Assembly: GCF_963921235.1 (NCBI RefSeq)
Contig: NC_086108.1
Location: 21,948,001-22,012,000 of the forward strand
Direction: 5' to 3'
Source of the DNA: Mobula hypostoma
Lineage: Eukaryota
Length of the DNA stretch: 64,000 nucleotides
Positions 26,693 to 39,590 of this stretch are shown here, one piece after another. Position 1 is the stretch's first letter; every line of letters starts with the position of its first letter. Position numbers and translations under genes: made by a program. Below the pieces are notes generated by a model. That model was not told the DNA's origin, made no database searches, and saw only the letters and a program-made list of their open reading frames with translations.

Positions 26693-28986
26693 GCAAACAC
26701 AAGAAAATCTGCATGTGTTGGAATTTCAAGCAACACACACAAAATGCTGGTGGAATGCAGCAGGCCAGGGAGCATCTATAGGAAGAAGTACAGTCAACAT
26801 TTTGGGTCGAGACCCTTCGTCAGGACTATCTGAAAGATGAGATAGTAAGAGATTTGAAAGTGGGAGGGGGAGATCTGAAATGATAGGAGAAGACAGGAGG
26901 GGGAGGGATGGAGCTAAGAGCTGGGAAGTTGATTGGCAAAAGGGATACAGAGGTGGAGAAGGGGGAGTGTCATGGGACGGAAGGCCTTGGAAGAAAGAAA
27001 AGGGGAGGGGAGCACCAGAGGAAGATGGAGAACAGCAAGGAGTTATTGTGAGAGAGAAAGAGAGAGAAAATAAATTAAATAGGGATGGGGGTAAGAAGAG
27101 GAGGAGGGGCATTAACGGAAGTTAGAGAAATCAATGTTCATGTTATCAGGTTGGAGGCTACCCTGATGGAATATAAGGTGTTATTCCTCCAACCTGAGTG
27201 TGGCTTCATCTCGACAGTAGAGGAGGCCATGGATTGACATATCAGAACGGGAATGGGACGTGGAATTAAAATGTGTGGCCACTGGGAGATCCTTCTTCCT
27301 CTGGTGGACAGAGTGTAGGTGTTCAGGGAAGCAGTCTCCCAGTCTGCGTCGGGTCTCACCAATATATAGAAGGCCACACTGGGAGCACCAGACACAATAT
27401 ATCACACCAGCAGACTCACAGGTGAAGTGTCACCTCACCTGGAAGGACTGTCTGGGGCCCTGAATGGTGGTGTGGGAGGAAGTGTAGAGGCATGTGTAGC
27501 ACTTGTTCTGCTTACAAGGAGAAGTGCCAGGAGGGAGATCGGTGGGAAGGGATGAGGGGGACGACTGGACAGGGAGTTGTGTAGGGGTGATCCCTGTGGA
27601 AAGCAGAAAGTGGGGGGGTGGAAGGAAAGATGTGCTTAGTGGTGGGATCCTGTTAGAGATGACGGAAGTTACGGAGTATTATATGTTGGACACGGAGGCT
27701 GGTGGGGTGGTAGGTGAGGACAAGGGGAACCCTATCCCTGGTGGGGTGGCGGGAGGATGGGGTGAGAGCAGATGTGTGTGAAATGGGAGAGATGCGTTTG
27801 AGGGCAGAGTTGATGGTGGAGGAAGGGAAGCCCCGTTCTTTAAAAAAGGAAGAGATCTCCTTCGTCCTGGAATGAAAAGCCTCATTCTGAGAGCAGATGC
27901 GGCAGAGACGGAGGAATTGCGAGAAGGGGATGGCATTTTTACAAGTAACAGGGCAGGAAGAGGGATAGTCCAGGCAGCTGTGATTTAGCAATAAAAAGAT
28001 CCAGAGCAGGCAGGAAACTAGAGCGGGGTGTTCATGAAGAGGAGGAGGGTTGAAGACAGGAGAAGGGGTCATCGGTGGGGGTAGGAGAGTCCTTGCCAAA
28101 GAAGTAAGCTCGAAGATGGAGCCAGCAGAAGAAGAGTTCAGCGTCATGGCACACATGCTACACCTGCCCTTACACTTCCTCCCTCACCACCATTCAGGGC
28201 CCCAGACAGTCCTTCCAGGTGAGGCGACGGTTCACCTGTGAGTCTGCTAGTGTGATATACTGTGTCCGGTGCTCCTGGTGTGGCCTTCTATATATTGGTG
28301 AGACCCGATGCAGATTGGGAGACCGCTTCGCTGAACACCTACGCTTTGTCCGCCAGAGGAAGCAGGATCTCCCAGTGGCCACACATTTTAATTCCACGTC
28401 CCATTCCCATTCTGATATGTCTATCCATGACCTCCTCTGCTGTCAAGATGAAGCCACACACAGGTTGGAGGAACAACACCTTATATTCAGTCAGGGTAGC
28501 CTCCAACCTGATGGCATGAATATTGATTTCTCTAACTTCTGTTAATGCCCTTCCTCCCCTTCTTGCCCCAACCCTATTTATTTATTTATCTATCTATCTA
28601 GCTATTTATTTATTTATTTATTTATTCGTTCATTCATTCATTCATTCTCTCTTTCCCTCTCACAATCACTCCTTGCCTGTTCTCCATCTTCCTCTGGTGC
28701 TTCTCTCCCCCTTTCTTTCTTCCAAGGCCTTCCGTCTCACAATACTCCCCCTTCTCCAGCCTTGTATCCCTTTTGCCAATCAACTTCCTAACTCTCGGCT
28801 TCACCCCTCGCCCTCCTGTCTTCTATCATTCCGGCTCTCCCCTTCCCCCTCCCACTTTCAAATCTCTTACTATCTTTTTTTCCTGTTAGTCCTGATGAAG
28901 GGTCTCGACCCGAGACATTGACTGTACTTCTTCCTGTAGATGCTGTCTGGCCTGCTGCGTTCCACCAGCACTTTTTGTGTGTTGCA
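26693..28986. mobile_element. Inverted (tails-out) Penelope-like insertion: minus arm about 26693-28140, plus arm about 28147-28986
   Basis: Both arms encode GIY-YIG 'IYCV.CS.CGLLYIGETR.RLGD.F.EHL'. Flanked by TGATATCAT at 26684-26692 and 28987-28995. Confidence 0.9.
28887..28924 (+). ncRNA. Degenerate minimal type I hammerhead ribozyme motif in a PLE terminus (best-preserved helix II; other copies at 7379, 14503, 26791 on minus, 55348 and 59878)
   Basis: AGTC-CTGATGA-A-GGGTCTCGACCC-GAGA-CA-TT-GACT. Helix I is AGTC/GACT and the CUGAUGA box is intact, but the GAAA box is mutated to GAGA. Confidence 0.75.
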
Positions 28987-29029
28987 TGATATCATTCCTA
29001 CTTTCCTGGGCTTCTGTAAATCCCTCTGC

Positions 29030-29870
29030 AGCTGTATCTTCGACTTCCTTATCAGGAGACCGCAATCAGTGTGGATCAGTAAAAACATCTCCTTCTTGTT
29101 GATATTCAACAAAGATGCACCTCAAGGATGTGTGCTTATCCCACTGTTCCACTTCCTATGTTCGTGACTGTGTGGTGAAGCACAGTTCAGGCGCCATCTA
29201 TAAGTTCACCATTAAAACCAGTGTTGTTGGTCGAATCTCAACTGCCAACAAAGAGGGAAAGGAATGAGATAAATCAGCTAGTTGAGCAGTGTCACAACAA
29301 CACTCTTGCACTCAGTGTCAGCAAGACTAAGGAATTGATTGTAGATTTCAGGAAGAGGAAGTTAGGAAAACATGCAGTCTTCACTGAGGTCTCAGCAGTG
29401 GAAAGGGTGAGGATGTGTTAATGTCTATCCTGGACCCAACACGTTGATGTAATCAAGAAAAAAGCATGCCAGTGCCTCTATGTTAGGGTTTGAAGAGGTT
29501 TGGCATGTCACCAAATACTTAGGAACTTCTATAGATGCACACTGTCCAGTGCGCAAGCTCCAATGCACAGGGTTGCAAAAGGTTGCGGAGTCATCAAGTA
29601 CGTCTTCAAAAGGCGGTGCCTCAGGAAGGTGGCGTCCATCAGTAAGGACCCTCACCACATGGAATATGCTCTCTTCCCTTTACTGGGGCATTAGGGAAGA
29701 AATACAGGAAGCTGAGGGCCCACACTTAATGACTCAGAAATGGCTTCTATCCCTCCGCCATCAGATTTCTGATCGATCCATGAGCCTATGATCACCACTT
29801 GATTATTCTCTTATCTTAGCAGTATTTATTTTGTAAGTTATAGCAGTTTTATGTCTTTGCACCTCACTTA
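29030..29870 (+). mobile_element. Degenerate Rex1/Babar-type RT and 3' fragment
   Basis: 'APQGCVLIPL', 'LSVSKTKELIVDFRK', 'KVASISKDPHH'. Confidence 0.8.
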
Positions 29871-32380
29871 CTTAACAGAAACGTCATTCAAAGGAACACA
29901 GACAACAGAAAAAGATCAATTTAAAGAGCATGGGGGAACTGAGCAGTTGAAAGGGAATGGGGGAATAGAGGCCTTGGTAAGTGGAAGGGAGCCAGGCAAG
30001 CATTGATTGGAAATAATAGGTCATCTATGTTACCTGTTTGGAAGCATTACTTTGGGTAGCCTCTGTCCATTTGCCTCATTCTTTGTTCTCCCTGGAGCCA
30101 AGTGGGGCATCATTAAGATTTCAGATGATGGGCCAGATTTTAAAGAGTGAATTATCAGAGTTTGACCAGTGTTTTCAGTGATTCGTGTCATGAAATTGCT
30201 CATGTGCCTCTGACACCAACATTTTTCAATCTCACCTTTATTTTCAAAAAAGAAAAAAATTTTTACTTTGACGTGGATGATCTTACAGTTTTTCTCCCAT
30301 GTATTCCATCTGCCTTATCCTTCCCCATCCTTTTAATTTGTTATTAACTCCTGAACATCCTCTTGTTAACCATTGACACAGTTTTGTATCGTTAGCAATA
30401 CTGGATGTATTACACTTAATACCAAAATCTTGATACAGATTGTCAACACCTAGGGCCCCAGCACCGTTTTGTCTGTCATCTTGCTGTCACAAACTCACAA
30501 TCTAAAAATGGCCTAGATATTTCTACCCTGTGTTTTCCATTTTGTTGCTAATCCACAATCCATGCATCAGTCATCTTCAAAATGTGTGTTCCAGCCTTTT
30601 TTGCTTCTGTCTTGTGTGGCACCTTATTGAAAGCTTTTCCACAGTTCCAATACACTGTCAAATTATGCTCTTATCTGTTCTACTGGTTGCAGTCTCAAAG
30701 AAGGGATTGAGGTCTCTAATGTACAGGAGGCAGAATTTAAAAATGGGAAATTCTTGCTGTCACATTTGAAGTGCTCCATACAGTTCTGATCTCCATATTT
30801 CGAAGTATATGCTTGGCACTGGGAGCAGTTTATTAGATTTTGTGGGAAGAAAGGTTTGTCTATGAGAAATGATTGAGTATACTGGGAATTTGGAAGAGTG
30901 AAAGGTAAAACAAGTGAGATTGCAAGAAAGCTTGATAAAGGAGATATTTTCTTCTTGTGGGGATGTCCTAAACCAGGGAGAATAGTTTGAGAGGACGTTG
31001 GTGCTAAGGCAGAATTTCTCCTGAGTGTTATGAACTTCTGCAATTCTGTACCACACAGAGTTGTGCAATCTGAATCACTGAATCTATTCATCGCTAAATT
31101 GGTCAGGTTTTCAGACTATAATGAAGTTAATGGTTTTTGGGAACTAGCAAAGAAGTAGGGGACACAACTAAGACTGGATCAGCTAGAACATTATGGATTG
31201 GTGAATCTTGTGGGGACTATTCCTTTTGTTCTGGAGTGACGATTTCAACTTTCCAGAGATGCTGCTTATTTGGATAAGTTCTTCCAGCAGTTCTGCTGTT
31301 TGTTTCATATTACAGCATCTGCAGGTGTATTTGCTTTATATCTATGAAATGGGTCTGACTTAACCGACATAATTTCTGAAGAAATTACTTATTGGTTACA
31401 AGAAATTAGTGCCATTATTTCCTTCAAAACTGGTATTGTTTCATTTTTCATCTGGAATGACTCCATTAGCAAATATATTTGCATTTGTAGTTTGCTTATG
31501 TGTCCTCTCAAGAGAGTAGAGCTGAGACATATAGTTGCTGTGTTTCTTTGTATGATTTAAGTGTAAGCCTAAAACAAAAATTGGCAAGAGTTATTACTGT
31601 TCCATTCCTGATTATGCAAATGCAGAGAGAAGTAGCTTTTGTGGTTGCCCAGGTCAGTCATATCATGATGCGTTCTGCCTTTCATATCATCTTGTTATTG
31701 TAGATACAGTCTTTCTGCTAATGACGGAGACCATTTTGATTTATTGGGCAACATTTAGTTTTTCCCAAAAACACTTATTGAGAATCTTGGGGTTTGAAGC
31801 TGTAGGTATGCTTGGCCTTTGTACAAACTGGTGATAGACAATGTTTGAAACTGAAGAACCAACAATTCTTTTGCTTAAACCTGGAAAAATGGATGCTGTG
31901 CAGCTGAAAAAAGTGTAATTTGAGGTAGAGCAATAGTGTATCCATTCCCTAATCTCTTTGTACCTGGTGATAAATTTGACCTCTGATTTTCTGGCAAGTG
32001 TTTCATCTGCTCTGAAAATAAATTCTAATGTTGATCTTAATGTTGATTCTTAAAGTGACATCAACAATAGTGTAATACTCAACATTCTTTTGTGGTGTGA
32101 TTTTCAGATGTATAGTCCTGGACATTAAAACTCATTTGATGATTGAATAGTCAGCTTTAACTGATGGCATTTTCTGTGAATTCATACGATTTGAAGTTTT
32201 AGTAGTCATGTTGGACTCTCCATCCTCACAGAGTTTGGTAATCACCTCACAGATCAATTATAGTTTCACCAAAATGCTTGGGCTGCTTTGCAGTTGGATG
32301 GTAATGTCTCACTTTCTTATCTTCAGGTTTATTCCAGGACGCTGCTGAGACTTCTACCACATCTCATAATTTGCTATTTA

Positions 32381-32928
32381 CCCGCAGTGGCCATTTTATT
32401 AGATATCCCCTGTACTTGATAAGGTGTCCACTGGGTTTATATCTGTGGTTTTCTTCTGCTGTAGCTCGTTCACGTCAAGGTTCAAAATGTTATGCATTCA
32501 GAGATGCTCTTTAACATGTGGTTATTTGAGTTACTGTCTTCCTGTCAACTTGAACCAGTCTGGTCATTCTTCTCTTAACTCTCTCATTAACAAGGCATTT
32601 TCGTCTACAGAACTGCTGCTCACTGGATGTTTTTTTGTTTTGTTGCACTATTCTCTGTAAAGAGACTGTTGTGCATGAAAATCCCAAGAGATCAGCAGTT
32701 TCTGAGATGCTCAAACCACCCCATCTGGCACTGACAATCATTCTATGGTCAAAGTCACTGAGATCACATTTCCTCCCCCTTCTGATGTTTGGTCTGAACA
32801 ACAGTTGGACCTCTTGACCATGTTGGCATGCTTTTATGTATTTTGCTGCCACGTGATTGGATTGGCAGATTAGACATTTGCATTCATGAGCAGGTGTACA
32901 GATATATCTAATAAAGTGGCCACGGGGG
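32381..32928 (-). mobile_element. Internally deleted Tc1-like DNA transposon
   Basis: TIRs CAGTGGCCATTTTATTAGATA / TATCTAATAAAGTGGCCAC. Minus ORF contains a paired-like HTH 'GRKCDLSDFDHRMIVSARWGGLSISETADLLGFSCTTVS'. Confidence 0.85.
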
Positions 32929-35056
32929 TTGTTGAGGGGAGGTAGAATCACCCAAGCTCCACATAGACACAAGCAGAGAAAGCTTCGTCTACTGTTTTTT
33001 CAATATTCTTGAGCAAACATGGGAATTTGTTGGCATCACCAACTTTCCCAAAACTCATTGATTCTGGTTTTACGTTTATGTTGTATTACTTACAGCAAAG
33101 ATTTTCCTGAAAGTTTGTTGTCAGGAGTGCTTGGCTGTAGCCTTAGAGGACCTTTGCAGCCCCTTTGCACTAAGAACACGCTTCTTACAAACACTGTCCC
33201 TCACCTGTTTTCCTGACCATCTGAGAACACTCCTATGCTTTTCAGCAAAGAGACTCTGAGGCTGCAAATGCTACTGCATGCTTTTATATATAGCATTGAT
33301 TCTGCCCTCCTCTATTCTTCTGAGACCTGAACTACCTTTATCATCCGTTATCTCCAGACGCTGGAAAAATAACACTCATGTTGTGTCTGTAAAATTGTTC
33401 AAATTCACTGGCAGGTTAAACGAACCAATGTTCTCTCTCAGGCCAGTGTCTGCAACATCAAGGCCTTAACTACTCTCCACTGGCTAGGCTGGGCTAGTTA
33501 AGTCATTTATATCCCGGACACCAAACTCCAGAAACTATCATTTTTTTCCCTAACTCTCACAGGAGATTACCAGGCAGATAGGAAAAAAAGATCTAAGGTT
33601 ACACTTAAAATTTACTGAAAGAGATGTAACATCCCTGTTGATAGCTAGTAACCTGTGGACCATGATTTGGGATGGTATTGAGAACCTCAAGGCAATGCAT
33701 TGGGAGCTCACAACAGCTCTGGGATGAAAGGATGTTGCTCCCTCACAAAACTAACCACTTCCCCATAGCAGTTTCCTGTTTCTTATGTGGAAGAGAGAAT
33801 CACCCACTTTGACTTGGAGGCTATTTCAGAATCCAGAGTGGAAGCAAGTCATTTTATTCCCAAAGGACTGCCCAAGAAGAGGATTTGTATGGTAATATGA
33901 CCTGGTAAGGGTTGTTGCTGAGGTTGCAAGCTGTGATCTTTGCCAGCAATTTGCATTATCTTGAAATAGATCAGTAGTGGAACTTGCAGTGAAATCAACA
34001 CAGGAATATCCATTAACACCGTTCTGGGAGACCCATAATTAAAGATCAAGATGTTTAAGACATTTAAAAACAGTGTGCAACAGGCGCACTCACTGTTTTA
34101 ATAGATAGATGATTGTGTATCTTTTCATGCAACTGAACAATGCTGCTAGGTGACTAAAACACCCAAGTGGTTTGAACCTGAACTGGTCAGATTTTTTAAA
34201 AAGCTATCAGTTGTACTGAAGGATCTTTCAGTTAGCAAGAAAGGCAAATTATCTCAGATACCCACTCCTTACCATGTGGGCTTTTCTGACACTAAACATT
34301 CTTTTGATTGCTGTTTCTTGGCAAATGTGTACTGTTCATGCTGCAAGTAGTTGAGGTTTAATTAAAATTGAAAACTGAGGGGTTATAATTGTGTTCATGA
34401 TATTGGTGCCATAACAGTTACTCAGAACCTTGAGTAGATAGCAATAACACAGTTGCATACAATTTTGTACTTGTTTCCTAATGCAAAAACAAGATGTTGG
34501 GTTATCATCGAGCAGACTTCAATTTAAAAGCAAAAGTTTTGGATCAGGTTTCTGCTCAACAAAAGGATGCATTGCATGGGATCAGCTTTCTATTGTATAT
34601 TGAAACTTTGGGATAAATAAACCCTTTGCAAGTGTGTCTCACAGTAATGAAATAACTGAACAAGTGGGTGACTGGAATTATTGTAAACAGGGCACTATTA
34701 TTTATGAAATGACCTTTGAAGAATGGAGTGGGTTTTAATTACATTCAACAAAATGTGTGTATTCAGGACAGCTTGCTGAGGCTGCCGCGAGAGCACAGAA
34801 TCCAATGATTTTTCTTAAGACAAATCTGAAGTATATTCTTGGCAACCTGACTGGCCACAGAAGGGTTATAACTCCTGCTGGTGTCATGAAAGTTGCAGTT
34901 TCCTTCAGTTCTTGATTTATTTAACTGTACAACTTCTGAAAATATCATTGGCCAGCTGTATTAGGATACGCTGCTTTCTTTTTGTACACCAACTCACCAG
35001 GAGCATCCAAGGAAGATATTATTTACCTTCAGTGGTATTCAGTTTATTGGGGCAAA

Positions 35057-35087
35057 ATGGAGCAGTTAGTTAGGATCATCAATTCTG
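35057..35087 (+). CDS. Candidate alternative first coding exon of RASAL2 (MEQLVRIINS plus G, phase 1)
   Basis: Strong Kozak context aaaATGG, 10 open codons plus 1 nt, donor CTG|GTAAGC, non-repetitive surroundings. Same phase as the exon 24453-24579 donor. Confidence 0.4.
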
Positions 35088-37577
35088 GTAAGCGTTTTCT
35101 GTGCACATTTGTTAAGTCATTTCAGAACATTGCTTTGCTTAAGTACTAATAATGATTCTTTTGCATTTTTGAAGTGAATTCTTGAACCATACCTGTCCTT
35201 CCCAAAACACCTCAATCTGTGTCATTTTATGTTTACCAGAAGGGAGGAAGGAAAATTACACAACATTGGTTTGTAACATCTGCTCAGCAAGAATTTGTGC
35301 CATATTGCCATACTTTTCCTTCGCAGGTAATGATCCAAGTTAAGTCTATAAGTTGTTATTACATTGGTTTTCTTCACCTTTTCAGATTCTGCTTTCCAGT
35401 TCCTAACCTGCAGCATTAAATAGGTCTTCAGCTCTACTGATTCCCCTACTCCTACCCTTCTTCTCTTTTGCCAGAAGTTTTTATTTATATGAGAAAGGCC
35501 TGAAGTTAACAGGTTTATATCTCTTTTGAATAAAGTTGTTTGTAACATTTACAACCCTATAGTTCACTGTTGCTACTCCTGTGTTCAAGATAATTGAAAA
35601 ATTGCAGCCATAAGTATCGTTATTTTCCTCATTAGCGTGGTTACATATGAAGTGACCCAAATAATATTTCATCGTGAGCAGTACAGGTATTTAAGAACTT
35701 CATCTTTATCTCTCCAGCTATTTTCTCTACAACTTCCTCTATTGTGACATTTCCAACAATCTTTGTAAAGATTAAAGCAAAACATTCAATTTGTGCTTTT
35801 CAATATTCTTTGCCTGCATAACAATATTTTTTTGTTTCCAGTCTTCGTTTTTATATGTTTAGCATTAGATCTTTTTTCATACATTCATTGCCCCTTAATT
35901 CTGTTGCCAGGTATATTTTATATTATGCTTCTCTATTATAGACCTGATATGTAATAGATTTTCTGTTTCCATTGTGTCTTAAGATTAATTACTTCTGTCA
36001 AAGTGTAGATTCAGTTCTCATTTTTGGTATCCATCAGACCTTACTGCAGAGTTCTTGGAAATCCCGCGCAAAAAAGGCACTATTGAACCAAATGTAAAAT
36101 CAAAAAGCAATAAGAAAAATTGAAGCTGATAATTGACACCTAGATATGATTTGTGTGAGGAAGAGAAAAGTGATTTAAAAGTAGCTGGGCAATTTGGGAA
36201 AAACAAATCTAGGAAACTCAGACCACCTTGCATAACTGGAATTCAGGATATCACTCTGGTCTGAATAATTCTGTGCAGTACCTATTTTGGGATCACTGTG
36301 TAGAAGCAGATTCAAAATTGCTTGAAGTAAAGATGAAACCTTCCTGCAGTCTCATTTCTCTGGGAAATGAACCACTTCTGACATCTAACCTAAAGTTGGC
36401 TTTGATAATCTTAAAATTGTCAAAATTGGGTTTATTACCACTGATATATGTCAGTGGCAGTGGTGCAGTGCAAGACAAAAAAATTACTATGTTACAAAAA
36501 AAGTAATAGCTAACCAAAGTACTGCAAAAGAGGAATAATGAGGTAGTCTTCATGGACTTTTCAGGAATGATATGGCAGAGGAGAAGAAACTGTTCCTAAA
36601 ATGCTGAATGTAGGTCTTCAGATTCTTGTACTTCCTCCCTGATGGTAGTATTATGATGGTAGTGATATTATGAAGGATCCCACCCATCCTTTTCATGGAC
36701 TGTTTGCCACACTCCTGTCAGTGAGGAGGCAACATAACATCCATGACAGGACCACTGAAAAGTCACTTTCCTTGAGCCGTAAGGTAGATCAACCCCTCCA
36801 CCCACTAACCTCCCCAAAACTCCCACCATGACTGCTTTATCATTTCCTGTCAGTCACCTTCTGTTCAGACACTTCTGTGCTAAGTGTCACTTTATGTACA
36901 TTCAATCAGTCTGTACATATTAAACGTCTGTATTTATATTTATTGTCTTTTTTGTTGTTCTCTTTATCTTTTTTTTTGCGCTGCATTGGATCTAGGGTAA
37001 CAATTATTTCATTCTCCTTTACACTTGTGTCTTAGAAATGACATTAAACAATCTTGAATAACTTGAATGGTGGAGAAATTAGTGTCTGTGATGGAGCTGG
37101 CTGAGTCTACAACACTCTACAGCCCCTTTCACTCCTTTAAATTGGAGCCTCTAGATCAGGCGATGGTGTAGCCAGTCAGAATGCATCTAGTCCACCATGC
37201 ATCTAGAGAAATTTGTTAGAGTTTTTGTGGCATACCAAATCCCTTCAGACTCCTAATGAAGTATAGCTTTCTTTATGGTTTATTAATACATTGTACCCAG
37301 GATAGATCACCTGAGGTGTTAGCACCCAGGAACTTGAAGCTGCTCATCCTTTCCACCACTGACTCCTCCATGAGGACTGGTCTGTATTCTCCCCACTTTC
37401 CCTTCCTGTAGTCTACAATAAATTTCTTGGTCTTGCTGATGTTGTACAGGGTTGGTGCACACCACTCAAGCAGCCAATCTATCTCACTCTTCTACATTTC
37501 CTCATTGCCTTCTGAGATTCTGCCAACAACAGTGGTGTCATTGGTGAATTTATAGATGGTGTCTGAGCTGTGTCTAG

Positions 37578-38420
37578 TGTTACGTACCCCGTAACTGGGT
37601 TGCCAAACCAGCAGAAATGGATCACTCAGTTGGAGTCTGGAGTACTAGAACTAAGAAAGTTTTATTAAAGAAACAAGCAACACAGTAATCGAAAGGATAA
37701 TAAATGCAACAGTTCAGCGATGATAAACACACATGTGCACAGAATTAAGATAACAGCATCAATCAAGCTCTATCGTTGTCTAGGGGTAAATGACCAAATT
37801 TCAAAGTGACTCAAAGTTCAGTTCGCAGTAATCGTTGCCATGGCGATGGACAACGTGGGGGAAGAGAGAGATAGAACAGGAACAACTGATCATTCAGAAC
37901 GGCTTCACTCACAGACCAGCGAGATTGCTCACAAGCAACTTTTGGGCGGGTCCTTGGTGATGTCACCTGAGGTCACTGACTGTGACCCCTCCTCCAGATA
38001 TGGTCGATCCTCTGCAGTGAACCCGGCACCCAGGCAAGGGCGGACACACACCGGGTTCCCGCGGATCGTACCTTTCCACCCTGGTCGTTGTCTGGTACTT
38101 CTCACCCACTCGTGAGAGGCGCACCGCTTCCAGGATCTCGTTACCTCGGGTGGCGTGTGTGTCTGTCTTAGTGAACCTGTCCCTTTTTATCCCCCTGCTG
38201 GGGCATCACCTGTCCATCACTTCAAACAGTTCAAGGTTCAAAGGGGGGAGCCGCTCCAGACAGCTCTCTCTCTCCCGTTCCTTCATTACACATCTCCAGA
38301 CGCTGCTCCATTGTTCCTTATCTCTCCTTCCCCTGAGGGCAGGTGGCAGACCACTTGCTGATGTCACTGATGCTAACCCAGGCCAGCAAACATCTTAATT
38401 TTATGTGTATTCTCGTCACA
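37578..38420 (-). repeat. 3' LTR (843 bp)
   Basis: TGTTACG...CGTCACA. Near-identical to 41523-42365. Confidence 0.97.
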
Positions 38421-38432
38421 CTTCCCCCCTTT
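38421..38432 (-). promoter_or_regulatory. Polypurine tract
   Basis: Minus-strand AAAGGGGGAAG-type purine run directly abutting the 3' LTR. Confidence 0.85.
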
Positions 38433-38594
38433 AAAGGATTTTTACCGGGAGGTAAAAATTACAAACATGACTACATTATTTGATACACACACAAATATGC
38501 ATCTTTATCAGTTATTTGGCTAATACAGAGAATTTGAAGCTGTCAACGCCTTGACAGACAGTCATCACATTTTCTGTTCCTTTTACACGTGTTG

Positions 38595-39590
38595 TTAATA
38601 ATCCCTTAGACCAGGCTCCAACTCAGCAAACTTCATAGTGGCCAAAAACACTGATGAATTGCGACCAGTGTAACCTCTCATTTGGTTTTGTCCCGGACCA
38701 CAATAACAAGGGTCGTCCCATTCCGACTCAGTTTTCTCTCGCAAGGGCTTAGTAGGAGGGGAACGGGTATTGACCGCAGAGTTATTGCAAAACTTCCTGC
38801 AGTACCCCACCATCTCCAAGAGCCTTCTGAGGGCCCTCTTGTCTGTCGGGCTTGGGAGGTCAGCGATAGCCTGCACTGTAGCTTGCATCACTGCCAGCTG
38901 CTCCTGTGTCACCACAATTCCCAGGTAAGTGACCCTCGTGTGGCCGAATTCATTTTTTTCAAGGTTCACTATCAAACTGGCTTCAGACAGCCATATTAAA
39001 TTGCCAATACACACCTCTGTGTTCATCAGCCCTTTAGTCACTGAATTACTCATTAAATATGGGTGTTGTTTACTTGGCTGCCCTATTGTAACCACAATCA
39101 CCCAACGTCCCAGTTCTTTGCATTTCCTCGGGACAATCAAACACATGGGTGCGAGTCGTTTAATTACTTCTGCTAAAGATTCGCTTTGTTTGGGGATTAA
39201 GGGAGAGACCTTATCAGTAGACCTGGCCAAAACAATAGCCTTCTCCCATCTGACCGATCCCATCCTAATCTTTTCAAAATGGTTTTTTCCTCTTATCAGG
39301 GGGCCCCTAGCTTCTTTGATTTCCACGCTAACACCGACTAGGTTTGTTAGCATATCAAAAGCCGGTGACCGTCTCAGTTCGCGTCGGTCATGATCAATAA
39401 CATTTTTCCCCCTGGGCAGCCGGTAAATCTCTTTCATGATTCCACCAACTGTTTCCTCCAGCACCGCAAAATGTCCACCGGGTGGTACCTCGTGGGCCAT
39501 GTTAAAAACCTCATCCCCATAACTCTTTTGCACCACCCCCCACTCCTCATCTGCGGATACTGTCCTTGATTTCCCTTTCCTCCTCCGCAC
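38595..39590 (-). pseudogene. Pol remnant: integrase N-terminal His region joined to an RT C-terminal/connection fragment
   Basis: 'ADEEWGVV...AHEVPPGGHFAV' followed by 'LIVNLEKNEFGHTRVTYLGIVV...VQAIADLPSPTDKRALRRLLEMVGYCRKF'. No DDE core, YxDD or RNase H is recognisable. Confidence 0.75.
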
